Positions 63,753-64,000 of a stretch of DNA of 64,000 bases are shown piece by piece; position 1 is the stretch's first letter; each line of letters starts with the position of its first letter. The DNA is from Balanoglossus misakiensis. Taxonomy: Eukaryota > Animalia > Hemichordata. The position numbers and the translations under genes are program-made. The DNA lies in contig CM082596.2 of the NCBI GenBank assembly GCA_040954595.2, positions 3,279,025 to 3,343,024 on the forward strand, in the 5' to 3' direction. The notes beneath the pieces are model-generated. The model had not been told where the DNA came from. It did no database searches and worked only from the letters and a program-made list of their open reading frames with translations.

Positions 63753-64000
63753 GCTGCACTCCCTGTTGAAGGGAAATGGAATCTTCCATTCATTAATGTG
63801 GGGATATTGCATTTTGCAGCCAAGTGAAGAAGCACCTTGTCTGTGTGTATGTACTTCTCAAACTATTGCAATGCTTGGATTTCTTTAGCAGCATTTGTGG
63901 ATTTTCCTTAAGAAGAAACGAACAAATCCCCTCACAATCAAAAACAGTGGGAAAACTTTTACCCAAATAACAAATAGTTTGAATAAATGGTGTCTGATCT

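Larger units (their letters stand above)
62205..64000 (-). other. Probable 3' UTR end of a minus-strand gene lying beyond the window
   Basis: On the minus strand, AATAAA at 62230-62225 is preceded by two Pumilio elements TGTANATA (62255-62248 and 62285-62278). The minus strand is U-rich to the window edge, and there is no ORF. Confidence 0.55.

Overview
AT-rich, intron-containing animal DNA. It looks like a marine invertebrate bilaterian, possibly a non-vertebrate deuterostome (inference only). The first 17.5 kb holds three spliced genes, assembled by hand with phase-consistent GT-AG introns: (1) a minus-strand 5-exon gene (~450 aa) with two tandem ~90-100 aa repeats, possibly ubiquitin-like, fused to an IFI44/IFI44L-type P-loop GTPase domain; (2) PITRM1/presequence protease (minus, 26 coding exons, 1032 aa, HxxEH motif); (3) ASB8 (plus, 2 coding exons, 286 aa), head-to-head with PITRM1. 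From ~17.5 to ~62.2 kb there is no recognisable coding sequence. This desert is rich in CNC-sMaf/ARE, ZNF143-SBS, RFX X-box, CTCF-like and homeodomain motifs. It also holds a clean 722-bp P-element-like MITE, copies of a short TTAA-flanked MITE family and two small fold-back elements. The last ~1.8 kb looks like the 3' UTR end of a minus-strand gene whose coding part lies beyond the window; a KLF6/7 gene is a testable guess from vertebrate synteny. No rRNA, tRNA or CRISPR array was seen. Homology calls are from memory of the families, not from database searches.
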